A DNA stretch of 62,855 nt, filler included, from Trichomonas gallinae (Eukaryota), in the NCBI GenBank assembly GCA_008369845.1. It is 6 parts of 6 records of this genome, joined end to end, with 100 filler letters (N's around TTAATTAATTAA, not from the genome) between each part and the next. Parts side by side here need not be neighbours in the genome. Positions count along the whole stretch, not along the records: positions 18,790 to 45,170 come from MRSU01000399.1; 5 more parts are not named here. One strand, written 5' to 3'. Made by a program: the position numbers and the translations under genes. Shown in pieces: positions 23,416 to 33,833 of this stretch. Below the pieces are notes generated by a model. It had not been told where the DNA came from, did no database searches, and saw only the letters and a program-made list of their open reading frames with translations. How positions within the stretch are numbered: position 1 is the stretch's first letter; each line of letters opens with the position of its first letter.

Positions 23416-25950
23416 TTATAAACCCTTGACAAACGCCATTGTTTTCGAAGCAAGATTTGCAATGTTTGGATCTTTGCTTTTCTGCTTTTCCTCGAACATA
23501 CTTAATATCGTAACTCTGTTTAATGCAAGTTTAGCTCCTGGACAAGCAGTGCGCGAAGCTGAACCAATTATGTTCAAAAGGCTGCATGTTGACTTGAATA
23601 CGGAGTCGTTCATCAATTTTCCTTTGACAAGGGCCTCGATGTAGAAAATCAATCTCCTGAACATCTTTGGTATGTAAGAAGACATATACTCGGGCTCGCA
23701 TGAAAGCAGAGATGCGAATGATGCTATGAAAGCTGCAGCTCCAAGTTGTGTTTCCTCTGTAATTTGGTAACCCAATGCTTTTTCCAGTAGTTGAGTTACA
23801 TATTCTATCATCTCAGGCGTCGGATTTTCAAATTTGTTAGTCATCTCGTGCATTGCGAGCATTGCTCCATTGAAGATCTGCGGGCTTGCATCCTGGCTGA
23901 GCATTCTATCAATGAACATAACCAAATTAGGAAATTCGTGAGTAGGCATGCAATTCGAGTGTGCGACGAATTTTCCAATTAATCGGATAGATCCATATAT
24001 GAGGATTGGTTCTTCACTTTGCGATGCTAATTCTGAGAGTTCTATAACACGATTAATGCCATTCATATCAACAACACCCGTGTCGAGGACCTTGAGAAGT
24101 GCTATTAATCCGTTCTTCCACAGGTCCATGTCTTTGACTGCCATGAGAACATTAGCGATTCTCCAGAAAACGTCTTCAGTCGATGCAGACATAATACGAC
24201 CTAACTTCGACGCAACAGCGTTGATAACAATCATGCTGCATATCAATACTTGAACTGGCCTGTCAGGGGCCATGTTTTCGATGTATTTCTCAAATATCTG
24301 TTTGATTGCTTCGAGAACGTCATTGTTTTCTGGCAATCTCATGATTAATTTGTACAATGCATCAATAGGTGAGATGATGATATCGTTTTCTTCGCCAAAT
24401 GCGAGTTTTTCGCATATAGCAGGTAGTCTGTCGAATCTTTCGAATAATGCATCAGAAGGAGCTTGTGAGAAGAGAAGGAATAATACATCACCACATCTAT
24501 CTCTAATCGTAGAATCTGAATTAATGCTTGGAACAATGACATGATCGATAATATTGTCGAAATCTTGAGGGTTGCTGATTGGATACTTGTCTATAATCTT
24601 TCTGATGGTGTAAATAGTTGTGTCAATGAGTCTGAGATTTGTAGGAACGAGATAATTAGGGATAAGCTCCGTGTTAATTAATGAATAAATGCGAGCTTCG
24701 AACTCTGGGATAAATATTCCAGACGCAATTGCTATAATGCAATGAAGAACTGTGTTTCTTATCGGAAAACTGTTGTTGCCAATATTATTGTCAATATGTT
24801 GCTGAAGAATAGGTAATAATTTGGGAAAATAAGACTGATTCGCGCATAAATTTGATAAAATAATGGATGCATAGAAGCATGGTTCGGCATTTGCTGGATC
24901 TTCTATAGTAAAGTCTGTTGGATTCGATGGTAATAATAAATGCAATAAATCGTTTGTAATATTTTCAATAAATGGCGATAAAACAGAATTTTCATCCTGG
25001 TCATGCTGTTGCACTTTGTTTTCGAAATTTGTTATAACTTTTAAGAACAAAAGGTTGTAGATCTTTGAATCATGAGAATTAATTTGATGATTTTCCAGAG
25101 GAATTTCGCAATGCAAGTTTCCAAGCACAGCATCAGCCATATTTGGAAATAGTGTTAATATGTGGCTGTATCCTGATTTAAAGATCACTTTTAGGAAATC
25201 AAATGATTCAGCTAATAATTTTCTTGCAGATTCATCTGTGTTTGCTGATTCATAAAGGCTGATGATTATTTGTGATACGTGTTGAACAATTTGCTTGAGA
25301 TCATCACAGTCTAAATTCATAATAATAGGTTTTAAAGCGCAAATAGCAATTATTCTAGAATCAACGGATATTTCATCCCACGTGAAGATTCTAAATAGTT
25401 GAGTAATGAGCTCCACGACTAATTCGTTCTTTGAATCAATGTTGTGTCGTGACAAAAAATCTGATTCAAGTAATTCTCTAAAGAAATTCAATGCAAAATC
25501 AGATGGTTCCTGTTCCCTATTACGTATCTCTTCTAATAAATGGTTTTGAAGTTGTTCAAAACAAATTTTATCATATTCGCATATTAAATAAAGGCATTTA
25601 GCGGCTGTTTGTCGAACAGATATATCCGGTGAGTCTTTAAATTTGAATATTGTTTCTTGTATAGCATCTTTATTATCCCATTTTTGATATTTTTCTACAA
25701 TTTCTTCAGGCGATAAAAATTGTGAAGGTGTGAATGCATTTTTGATTAATGTGAGGAATAAATTGATATACAGTGATGCATTAGAATCCACTTGAGATAA
25801 ACAACTTATACTAAAGAATATTGTAGCTTCTCTATGTTCTTCTTGGAACAATCTTATCCATTTTTCAGCTTCTACCCTTTCTTCATTTGTTCCTCGAAGA
25901 AAAACTTCTATTTGGCTAACAAAATGCTGAAATAATTCTTCTTCATTCAT
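23416..25950 (-). CDS. Importin-beta-1/transportin-like HEAT-repeat protein
   Basis: NEERVEAEKWIRLF, SVRQTAAKC, PCFYASIILSNL, RLIDTTIYTIRKI echo importin-beta HEAT repeats; ATG at 25950. Confidence 0.65.
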   Translation of the reverse strand: MNEEELFQHFVSQIEVFLRGTNEERVEAEKWIRLFQEEHREATIFFSISCLSQVDSNASLYINLFLTLIKNAFTPSQFLSPEEIVEKYQKWDNKDAIQETIFKFKDSPDISVRQTAAKCLYLICEYDKICFEQLQNHLLEEIRNREQEPSDFALNFFRELLESDFLSRHNIDSKNELVVELITQLFRIFTWDEISVDSRIIAICALKPIIMNLDCDDLKQIVQHVSQIIISLYESANTDESARKLLAESFDFLKVIFKSGYSHILTLFPNMADAVLGNLHCEIPLENHQINSHDSKIYNLLFLKVITNFENKVQQHDQDENSVLSPFIENITNDLLHLLLPSNPTDFTIEDPANAEPCFYASIILSNLCANQSYFPKLLPILQQHIDNNIGNNSFPIRNTVLHCIIAIASGIFIPEFEARIYSLINTELIPNYLVPTNLRLIDTTIYTIRKIIDKYPISNPQDFDNIIDHVIVPSINSDSTIRDRCGDVLFLLFSQAPSDALFERFDRLPAICEKLAFGEENDIIISPIDALYKLIMRLPENNDVLEAIKQIFEKYIENMAPDRPVQVLICSMIVINAVASKLGRIMSASTEDVFWRIANVLMAVKDMDLWKNGLIALLKVLDTGVVDMNGINRVIELSELASQSEEPILIYGSIRLIGKFVAHSNCMPTHEFPNLVMFIDRMLSQDASPQIFNGAMLAMHEMTNKFENPTPEMIEYVTQLLEKALGYQITEETQLGAAAFIASFASLLSCEPEYMSSYIPKMFRRLIFYIEALVKGKLMNDSVFKSTCSLLNIIGSASRTACPGAKLALNRVTILSMFEEKQKSKDPNIANLASKTMAFVKGL

Positions 25951-26619
25951 TTTTGTCAATTTTTTCCAAAATTGTTTTCTTCAAAAATTGACAAAATTTT
26001 TGACATTTAACTTTTAAATTAATTGTAAAGTATTTACATGTCAAATGAATTAAAATGTCATGTAAAAATTATTTACGTGTCAAAATATCATAATGTGTCA
26101 TGTAAAATTCATGTAAAGTATATTTTTGTCAGTATATAAATCTTGTATTGATATATGACTTTTTTCTATAATTTTAAATGTTTAATAATTTGTGGTAATA
26201 AATAAGGTCACTTGACTGATTTTTTTATGAGTGAAATCACTCAACAAAAATAAAATAGACCTTATTTATTTTTCCGCAGCTGCAAACTCATATATAACTA
26301 CTAACAATTAATGAGTCAGAACTGATTCTTCTTCTTTCACGCCTTCTTTCAGCTTCTTCATCCATAGCTCAATCTCAAAAATTTCTCGTTTAATCACGGA
26401 TTCTAATTTGGTATATCAATTGCATACACATTTATGAGAAATTTAGCATATAATACTGAATATCAGATTTAATCAACATGTTATTATGACTAATACGAAT
26501 GATGAAACGGTCGGGAAAGCATCGAGTGCTGATTCTCTGGTTGATTTTTTCCTCAGATCAAAGCCCAAAAGCGAGAAAAAAAGAAAGTGACCTTTTGCAA
26601 CGATTATTGTAAACTTCAA

Positions 26620-26895
26620 ATGGCGTCCATCGAAGAACTCGAGAAGGAGCGCCAATTTTACGACAGTTTAATGGTATTCCTCCCTGCAAATGAAACGGAT
26701 TTCGAAGTTCAACCACATCAGAAGCCAGAAAATCCTCCGAAACAGAAAGAAGAAAATATCCCGAAGCCAAAACCAGTCCAACAGAACAGAAACATGCCAA
26801 AGCAGAAGCCTAAGAATAAACCAAACCCAATTCGTCCTGGTTTCGAAGGACCAAAATTTATCAAAAAGAAACGCGAAGAAAAGAATAGGAAATGA
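26620..26895 (+). CDS. Small basic protein, RRP14 N-terminal domain-like
   Basis: IEELEKERQFYDSLMVFLPA resembles the Rrp14 N-terminal motif (FDxLLxLIPA); K/P-rich NLS-like tail. Confidence 0.5.
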   Translation: MASIEELEKERQFYDSLMVFLPANETDFEVQPHQKPENPPKQKEENIPKPKPVQQNRNMPKQKPKNKPNPIRPGFEGPKFIKKKREEKNRK

Positions 26896-27088
26896 TCTTT
26901 GTTGTTTGTGATGTTTTCGTTATTGGATACAGATTATAGAGGTAAAGTCATAAAGTTATTTGAAAAAAATATATTTTATCAAATAAATTCTTTTTGTGTT
27001 TTGCATTTGTAGATAAATATATATAGATATATCTTGAATGAAAATCAAATAAGATTGATGAATAAGAAAAATCGAGTATTTAAATTAT

Positions 27089-28636
27089 TTACTCGTCCTT
27101 GGACTTTGAGTGGTGCTTGCGGTGCTTCTTCTCACCATCAGCGCCATCCTTGGACTTGGAGTGATGCCTCCTCTTCTTCTTCTTCTTTTCACCCTTCTCG
27201 ATTTCATCAGAAGACGTGGAGGATGAATCCTTCTCCTTCTTAACTTCATCAGCAACCTTCTGGAAGAGGGACTTGTCACCTAACTGCTCCTGGTGGTGTT
27301 CCTCTGGGGCGCATTCACCTTCGACTTCCTTAAGGATGAACTTGAATGTGAGCTGGCCACGGTCCTTACGAAGGCCGCCCTTCTTCTCGAGGTCGACTGT
27401 CTTTTCGACGAGTGTGTCAAGAGCGAACTCGTTTAGTGGGAGGATGTAGTTACCGATAAGATCGGAAGCATTGTGGTCATCCCAGTCATTGCAGATGATG
27501 TGGAGGGCATCACCAGACTTGTTTGGAACATCGATTGTGAATGTCTCGTTCCATTCTGGTGAGCGGTTCTTCTTGATGACCTGTGTCTGGTATGGCTTGC
27601 CTGTGCCGTTCATCTGGAGAACGACGAATGGGTCGGACTTGCCGCCAAGATCCATAGCAGCGAGATCCTTAGCCTTGACGATTGTGATCTCCATAACTGT
27701 CTTCTTTGGCTTTGGCTTCGGTGGCTCTGGAGCTGGCTTTGGTTCTTCCTTCGGTGGCTCTGGCTTTGGTTCTGGTTTTGGTTCTGGCTTTGGTTCTGGC
27801 TTTGGCTCTGGCTTCTTCTTCTCCTCGCCCTTAAGAAGGAGGCGGTATGTGATCTCACCACGGTCCTTGCGGAAGCCGCCCTCCTTCTCGAGCTCGACTG
27901 TCTTCTCGACTGGCTCATTGAGTGGGACGTCCTTGAGAGCAATGACGTGTGTGCCGATGAGGTCCTTCTCGGATGTCTCATCGTAGTCGTTGACTGTGAT
28001 GTGGAGAGCATCGCCGTCCTTGTTTGGAACTTCGATTGTGAATGTCTCGTTCCATTCTGGGCTCTTGTTCTGTCTGACAATCTTAGTTGTGTAGGCCTGG
28101 CCCTTGCCGTTGAGCTGGACCTTGGCGCATGGGTCGCACTTGCCGGAGAGATCCATAGCTGGGAAGTCCTTGCCTCTGATAATTGTGATCTCAGCGACTG
28201 TCTTCTTGGCGTGCTTCTTATGATGTTTGTGCTTCTTGCCCTTGACAACCATGGCTGTTACTGGGATCCACTTCTGTGTGAGAGCATTCTCATCGTGGTT
28301 CCAAAGGATGATTGGTGTGCCATCCTCGATACGGCCGCCCTGGATATCCATGCAAAGGCCCTTGGAGTTACGGATTGTCTGATCTGGATAGTAGCCCCAT
28401 GTCTCCTTGCGCTTGTAGACGTCGCCCTGGATGATGATTGAGCCGAGCTCTGGGTTCTCTGGCTCCAAAAGGTGGCCGGAGTGAGCAGCAACAATTCTCT
28501 CCTTAAAGAGCATGAATTGGTTGTGGAGTCCTCTCTCGAACTTCCAGATGACAAGCTGGCCTTCGAGGGTCTTGTTCTTGTCAGCAATTGTAAGAACGTA
28601 ATCCTTATTTGCTGCGCTAACAAAGAAACAGTTCAT
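27089..28636 (-). CDS. Ricin-B lectin + tandem C2 domain protein
   Basis: GLCMDIQGGRIEDGTPIILW..TQKW (ricin-B); two C2 domains (AMDLSGKCDP..NDYDETSEKD; AMDLGGKSDPF..NDWDDHNASD); PEPK linker; strong C/G-ending codon bias. Confidence 0.92.
   Translation of the reverse strand: MNCFFVSAANKDYVLTIADKNKTLEGQLVIWKFERGLHNQFMLFKERIVAAHSGHLLEPENPELGSIIIQGDVYKRKETWGYYPDQTIRNSKGLCMDIQGGRIEDGTPIILWNHDENALTQKWIPVTAMVVKGKKHKHHKKHAKKTVAEITIIRGKDFPAMDLSGKCDPCAKVQLNGKGQAYTTKIVRQNKSPEWNETFTIEVPNKDGDALHITVNDYDETSEKDLIGTHVIALKDVPLNEPVEKTVELEKEGGFRKDRGEITYRLLLKGEEKKKPEPKPEPKPEPKPEPKPEPPKEEPKPAPEPPKPKPKKTVMEITIVKAKDLAAMDLGGKSDPFVVLQMNGTGKPYQTQVIKKNRSPEWNETFTIDVPNKSGDALHIICNDWDDHNASDLIGNYILPLNEFALDTLVEKTVDLEKKGGLRKDRGQLTFKFILKEVEGECAPEEHHQEQLGDKSLFQKVADEVKKEKDSSSTSSDEIEKGEKKKKKRRHHSKSKDGADGEKKHRKHHSKSKDE
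27755..27813 (-). repeat. 12-bp coding tandem repeat (PEPK)n
   Basis: TCTGGCTTTGGT-type units, about 5 copies. Confidence 0.9.
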
Positions 28637-29767
28637 ATCAAATGTGAACTCAGCAGCGGTTATTTTTATATCTCAATTTTCAAAAAGTTTACAATTTTTG
28701 AAAACAAATTACTCGAATAACTCCAGAATCATATTAAGAATTGATATTTTGGTGTTTAAAAATTAAAAATAAATTCAAGTAAAAATAACTGTTTTTTATG
28801 TGGCATGTGAAGTGTTTTATCATTAAATAACCAGAGGTGTAAAACTATCACTTCGCAATGTTCATCAAATTCGATATAAAAATTATTAGATATATAGAAT
28901 ATTCATTATATTTAAATATTATATTTCGAATAAAATCACAAAAGTGAGTTGATAATTATTTTCTTAACGAACTTTACAAGCATTTACCCATCGAAGTAAT
29001 ATACTATATGTAATGAGCATTTTTATATAAAATATATTTTATTCAGAAAAAGCAATCAAAATGATTGTAATAGTTGCATTATCATGTATACAGTCTACTA
29101 ATCAAAGAAAAGTTCATGTTTATTCGAAACTACAGAAATCGATCGAATTTTTATTATCGATTTGATTGGCCATCATTTTAAATGAAGATATATCTCTATC
29201 TGACAAAGCGAAATATCTGATTAAAATTGAGATTGTGATTAATCAAATGGAAAAGAATTTCGAAAAAGCAGTTTATACATGAAAATGCATATGATATATG
29301 GTATGCACACATTTTATATCCGAATCCTTGTGGTCTGAGACATAAAATAATAGGATGAAACAATATTGCATGAATTCTTCAACGTAAATCATCTATCTTT
29401 CGTCAATATATCTGATATACAAGCCACATTCTATCGATTAGTTCGCATTGTAAATGATAATAACATATATTTTTTATAAGCATTTAATATTCATTATTTT
29501 ATGTCCTCACCATAAAATAATTCTTCATTTATACATGTATATCGCCATAATTTGGTTTATTACAATCCTATTTTTCAGATTCTTATTTTGGAAAAAAAAG
29601 CGAATTCAATAAATCATGTTCAAATATGTGAAATTGATTTGCTATCTTAGAATATATATTGAATTTGATTTGGTTTTTCTTTGTTAAAATATCGAATTAA
29701 AATTCATGAAATAATTGTGTCAGTAATAGTTTGTCTGATTATTGATAATAAAAACATCTTTATTAAA

Positions 29768-32700
29768 TTAATTTCTTGATTTCTTCTTCGCGCTCTTGTT
29801 GACAGCGTCGCGTTTCGTTGGCTGAGACAAATCAGCTGCCTGCTGAACATTCATCAAGCATCTGAACTTGACTGGAATCTTTCTGTTGAAATCTCCGCAC
29901 TTAAGAGCTAAGCCTGTCTCTCCGACAACCCACTGGCCTACTTGAAGAAGCGAATTGGCTGGTGGTGCATATTCTATTGTCACTTTAACGACTCCGCCGG
30001 CTTCGACAGAAGATTTCATTGGCGTGACAGTGAATCCTGGAACGGAAATCGGATCGAACGAGAATTCACCGTTTGTCTTCTTTGCGTCGTCATTCAGCTG
30101 TGAAACGCCAACCTGTAATGTGGCTTGTGCGGCAGATCCAGGCCAAGACATGTCGACGACAACATTCTGCCTGAAGAATGGTTCATCGAGTGCAGCATGA
30201 TCGAATGCAGTTCTCTGTCTTTGTCCTCCACTTCCTCCGATAACGAACATGACGTGTGGCCATGCTGATGCTGTTATAGGTATCTCTCTCCTCTGTCCGT
30301 CTTCACCCGCAGAAACAATCAATGTTGAAGCGAATTCAGGTGCATCATGATCAGGAGAAAACGTGACGACTGTTTGTCCTGTTTTTTCTGCTTCGAGCCA
30401 CTCGAATGGCTTCTTGACGCCGAATGCGTCCGTGAGATCCATGTTTATGTGGTGCGCGTTAGAATCCGGATTGAGTCTGTACAAATATTTGAGTTCGAAA
30501 GCTGCGTTGTTTTTGACGGAAATCGCCCTAGAAACTGTCTGTCCGACCATAACATGTCCGAAGTCGATTCTCTCAGCTGACAAATCTATTGACGGCGCAG
30601 CACCTTCACCGCTTAATTTCAGCGTCACTCTGCTGTTCGGTCTGTTCAGGTGTGAGATCTTCAAAATGCTCTCGAATTTGTATTGGAGGGCGGGAGTGAA
30701 TCTGACTTTAATTGTGCCGCTGCCTCTTGGTGGAATATCCATTGGCGGACTCAAAACCTCGAAGCTGCCGACGTCGCATTCGTATTTAACAGGGGCAGGC
30801 TTCTTACTAGCGTTTGTCAATGTGATCTCAGCGTCTAAATACTGGCCAAGAGCAACTGTTCCATAGTTAACACTTTTCATTCCCAAGTCGATCAACTTCT
30901 CTGTGTGCGTTGGCCTGTTGCCGATCTTCAGGGCAGAAACAAATATCTGCGGGAGAACCGAGGCAGCCCTGAGAGCAATGTGGTGCCTTCCACTGCTGTT
31001 CCCTGACTTCCAGAAGCAAGCAATGTTGTTATCATAGATCTTGAAAGTGAAGTCAGGAGCAATCAATGCTGCGGGTGCTTTTTGCTCTTGTTGCTGCTCT
31101 TGCTGTGGCTGCGCACCTTTCTTTCCTTTATCCTTGGAGTCTTTGGAGTCTTTCTCTTTGTGCTTAGCCTTCTCTTTGCCTTTCTCTTTCGTGCTGGAGC
31201 TTTTTTCGCTCGTCGATGTTTGCGACGCTGCATTTTGTATCGGCGGGGTTGGTCTGAATGTCAGCAAGACGTTCTGCGTGCTTCCAGCTGGAATTGTGGC
31301 GACTACTGGGTCGAAGAAGAAGTCTTCTGGAGTTTCGAATTCGATATCTACTGGAGAAGATCTGACATTTGTGACAACTAACGGGAATTTTGTTTCTTCG
31401 CCAAGTGGTGTTGCTTCGAAGTCGATTTGAGTCGATGATAAAATAATTGCATTCGAAATTACGTTTGCTGTGCACGGAATTATGAATTTACTGCCCTGGA
31501 GAGTGCACACAGTGATCTCGAACTCGTGTTTCTTGCTTAGAGGGCTCTGGAAGCCAACTTGGAGCTCAACTGTTTCATTTGGCATCAAAAGTCCAAATCC
31601 GTCCCAAGGTTGTATGGATACACCATTGGGGAGGCGGACAAAACCAAAATCAACGGGAACTTGTAGCGTTGACGTTATCTTTAAATCGAGATTTCGAATT
31701 TCTGTTGTTGCGAATGTTCCAAAGTCGAGTGACGGTGGATCAAACACAAGCTTTGTTGGAGAAGGAAGCATTGAGATAGAAAAGTTGACCGGAAGAACTT
31801 GATTAACAACTAATAATTTAAATGGAAATGTACAGGTCTGAGAATCAGGCTGCATGAGCTGCTTAATGGCCTGCGACGTTCTCAGCTTGATAGAGATCTG
31901 GAATGTTTGATGAGGCTGAATGAAACCCATTTTTGGCTGAAATTCAATAAATTTTTCTGCGTTTGGTGGAGATTCGATTGTAAATCTTTGTGAAAGTGTG
32001 CTTCTATTTCTCGCAATCAAGGATCCACGATATAATTCATTGTAGAAGCAAACGCCGAAGTCAATTGTATCATTATCCAAAAAAACTGGAACATCGGCGC
32101 CAACTGCTGCAAAAGGAAGATCCTTGGTGAAAGATTTAAATGCTTCATCTGGTGAAGAGAACTTAAAACGAAGCAAAAAGCTTAATTGCGCAGGTCTTTC
32201 TGGTTTAAACGAGATTTTGATTGTTGATGAAGCGTATCCGCCGATTGATCCATGCTTAGACGAAAAATTAAGTGATTTTTCGCCTTCTTCCAAAGATAAA
32301 TATTTTTGATCAGTAGTTGTCTTTTCTAGAGAAACAGTCCACTGTGCTCTTAAAGCTCCTGTATTTCTGATTCTCAATGTACCCTCTATTTCCTCGCCAA
32401 ACGTAACAGTTCCGAGATCGAAAACATCGAATGGTTCGAACTGTATATTTATAGTTTTAGGAATAGTTTCGATTTTTACATCGAATGGTACACCATTGGC
32501 GACGAAATGAAGGCATGTTGTGAATCCTGTATTAAATTTTGGTGTAAACTGCAGTTTAAGCGGTACTCCAACGCCAGGAGATACTAAACCAGCTGGTGTA
32601 AATATCAAATTAAACAAAGACGCGTATTCTTGGTCTATTCCTTTATAATGAAATGAATTTCTTCCGAATGAAACGTTTGTCATCGTAAAAGGCAGTTCAA

Positions 32701-32791
32701 ACATCTCCCCGACTGTGAAGTCGCGGAAAACAAGAACATCCGGGTCAGTAATAAAAGGCGGAGAGGAACTTTTCTCTACCTTTTGTTTCAT
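29768..32791 (-). CDS. CFAP74: Multi-ASH/PapD-like domain flagellar protein, CFAP74-like
   Basis: PFITDPDVLVFRDFTVG..TNVSF resembles the first CFAP74 ASH domain; repeated LDFG...LxN...FxP Ig-like units. Confidence 0.65.
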   Translation of the reverse strand: MKQKVEKSSSPPFITDPDVLVFRDFTVGEMFELPFTMTNVSFGRNSFHYKGIDQEYASLFNLIFTPAGLVSPGVGVPLKLQFTPKFNTGFTTCLHFVANGVPFDVKIETIPKTINIQFEPFDVFDLGTVTFGEEIEGTLRIRNTGALRAQWTVSLEKTTTDQKYLSLEEGEKSLNFSSKHGSIGGYASSTIKISFKPERPAQLSFLLRFKFSSPDEAFKSFTKDLPFAAVGADVPVFLDNDTIDFGVCFYNELYRGSLIARNRSTLSQRFTIESPPNAEKFIEFQPKMGFIQPHQTFQISIKLRTSQAIKQLMQPDSQTCTFPFKLLVVNQVLPVNFSISMLPSPTKLVFDPPSLDFGTFATTEIRNLDLKITSTLQVPVDFGFVRLPNGVSIQPWDGFGLLMPNETVELQVGFQSPLSKKHEFEITVCTLQGSKFIIPCTANVISNAIILSSTQIDFEATPLGEETKFPLVVTNVRSSPVDIEFETPEDFFFDPVVATIPAGSTQNVLLTFRPTPPIQNAASQTSTSEKSSSTKEKGKEKAKHKEKDSKDSKDKGKKGAQPQQEQQQEQKAPAALIAPDFTFKIYDNNIACFWKSGNSSGRHHIALRAASVLPQIFVSALKIGNRPTHTEKLIDLGMKSVNYGTVALGQYLDAEITLTNASKKPAPVKYECDVGSFEVLSPPMDIPPRGSGTIKVRFTPALQYKFESILKISHLNRPNSRVTLKLSGEGAAPSIDLSAERIDFGHVMVGQTVSRAISVKNNAAFELKYLYRLNPDSNAHHINMDLTDAFGVKKPFEWLEAEKTGQTVVTFSPDHDAPEFASTLIVSAGEDGQRREIPITASAWPHVMFVIGGSGGQRQRTAFDHAALDEPFFRQNVVVDMSWPGSAAQATLQVGVSQLNDDAKKTNGEFSFDPISVPGFTVTPMKSSVEAGGVVKVTIEYAPPANSLLQVGQWVVGETGLALKCGDFNRKIPVKFRCLMNVQQAADLSQPTKRDAVNKSAKKKSRN

Positions 32792-32828
32792 TTTCTAGAA
32801 AAATATTCGTTATTTTTTTGCACAAAAT

Positions 32829-33020
32829 ATTTTTGATTTTTATTGTTATATTTGTAGCATTTATGTTATTTTACAATGATTTTTAAATTGATTTTTAATC
32901 AAATCTTTGTATTTGAATTATTTTTGATGAAATGTTACTTTTATTATAATATTTGTAGTCTTTGTGTTATTTTATATTGATTTTTCATTAAATTTTTCTT
33001 CAAATCTTTGTTTTTCAATT
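32829..33020. repeat. Degenerate tandem duplication of about 95 bp
   Basis: ATTTTTGAT..TTTATT..ATATTTGTAG..TGTTATTTTA..TGATTTTT..CAAATCTTTGT occurs twice. Confidence 0.65.
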
Positions 33021-33053
33021 TTTATTGGAATGGGAAAAATCTTTAATTAATTG

Positions 33054-33660
33054 TTAGTCATTTACTTTTGCGTTGACATCTATTCCATGAACTGTAAGAA
33101 GTAATTTGACAACATCACGATAACCTTTTTTTGAAGCATAAATCAAAGCTGTATATTTGTCTTTGTCTCTTGCGTTGAAATCTATTTCAGGAAATGTGAG
33201 AAGGAGTTTGACAACTTCAGGATGACCAATTCTTGAAGCACTAATCAATGCTGTTTTTTAAAAAAAGTCTGTTGCATTGACATTTATTCCAGGAACTTTG
33301 AGAAGCAGTCTGACAATTTCATGATGACCTTCTTTTGAAATCCAACTCAAAGCTGTTTTGGTTTCATAACCTCTTGTGTTGACATCAATTCCAGGAACTT
33401 GACAGCCTCATGATGGCCATATGCTGAAGCCCAAATCAAAGCTTTATTAGTATCAAAATTTTGTATTTTGAGGATAAATCTGCAAAAATCAGAAATAATA
33501 CGGTAAAAATGTTTCCCCTAAATTAATGATGAGATGCGCAAGCTGGGAATTACATTCTATGATTGCTTTATCTAAAATGGTTTCTTCAATGTCTTTTTTG
33601 ACATCACTTTCTATGATAAATAATTGGATAATTAAAGAAATTGAATTTTACTGCTGATAT
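33054..33660 (-). pseudogene. Ankyrin-repeat pseudogene
   Basis: Repeats TALxxASxxGHxEVVKLLLTxPGIDVNA; deletion/frameshift near 33400 and stops upstream; no intact start. Confidence 0.75.
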
Positions 33661-33833
33661 ATTTGGAAAAGTGAAAATATATGAATATACATCGCATTTA
33701 CACAAAAATTAATTCAAAAACTAACAAAAATTAAGATAATATTGAGTAAAACTCGATTTTGAGGATGAAATTAGGAATAGTTACTCATATATAATATGAA
33801 TTTTCCATCAAATGACCTAAAATTTTCATAAAA

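Noticed and set aside
26308..26412. Minus-strand coding-like stretch TKLESVIKREIFEIELWMKKLKEGVKEEESVLTH*
   Set aside because: In-frame stop just upstream, no convincing start and no recognisable family
27216..28720. Long antisense and alternate-frame ORFs over the ricin-C2 gene (also over RPL9 and the CFAP74-like gene)
   Set aside because: Explained by codon bias and repeats that suppress stop codons; no independent domain signal
29060..29460. Patchy coding-like sequence in intergenic DNA (also 43300-43900)
   Set aside because: Many stops and no identifiable motif; cannot be supported as a pseudogene
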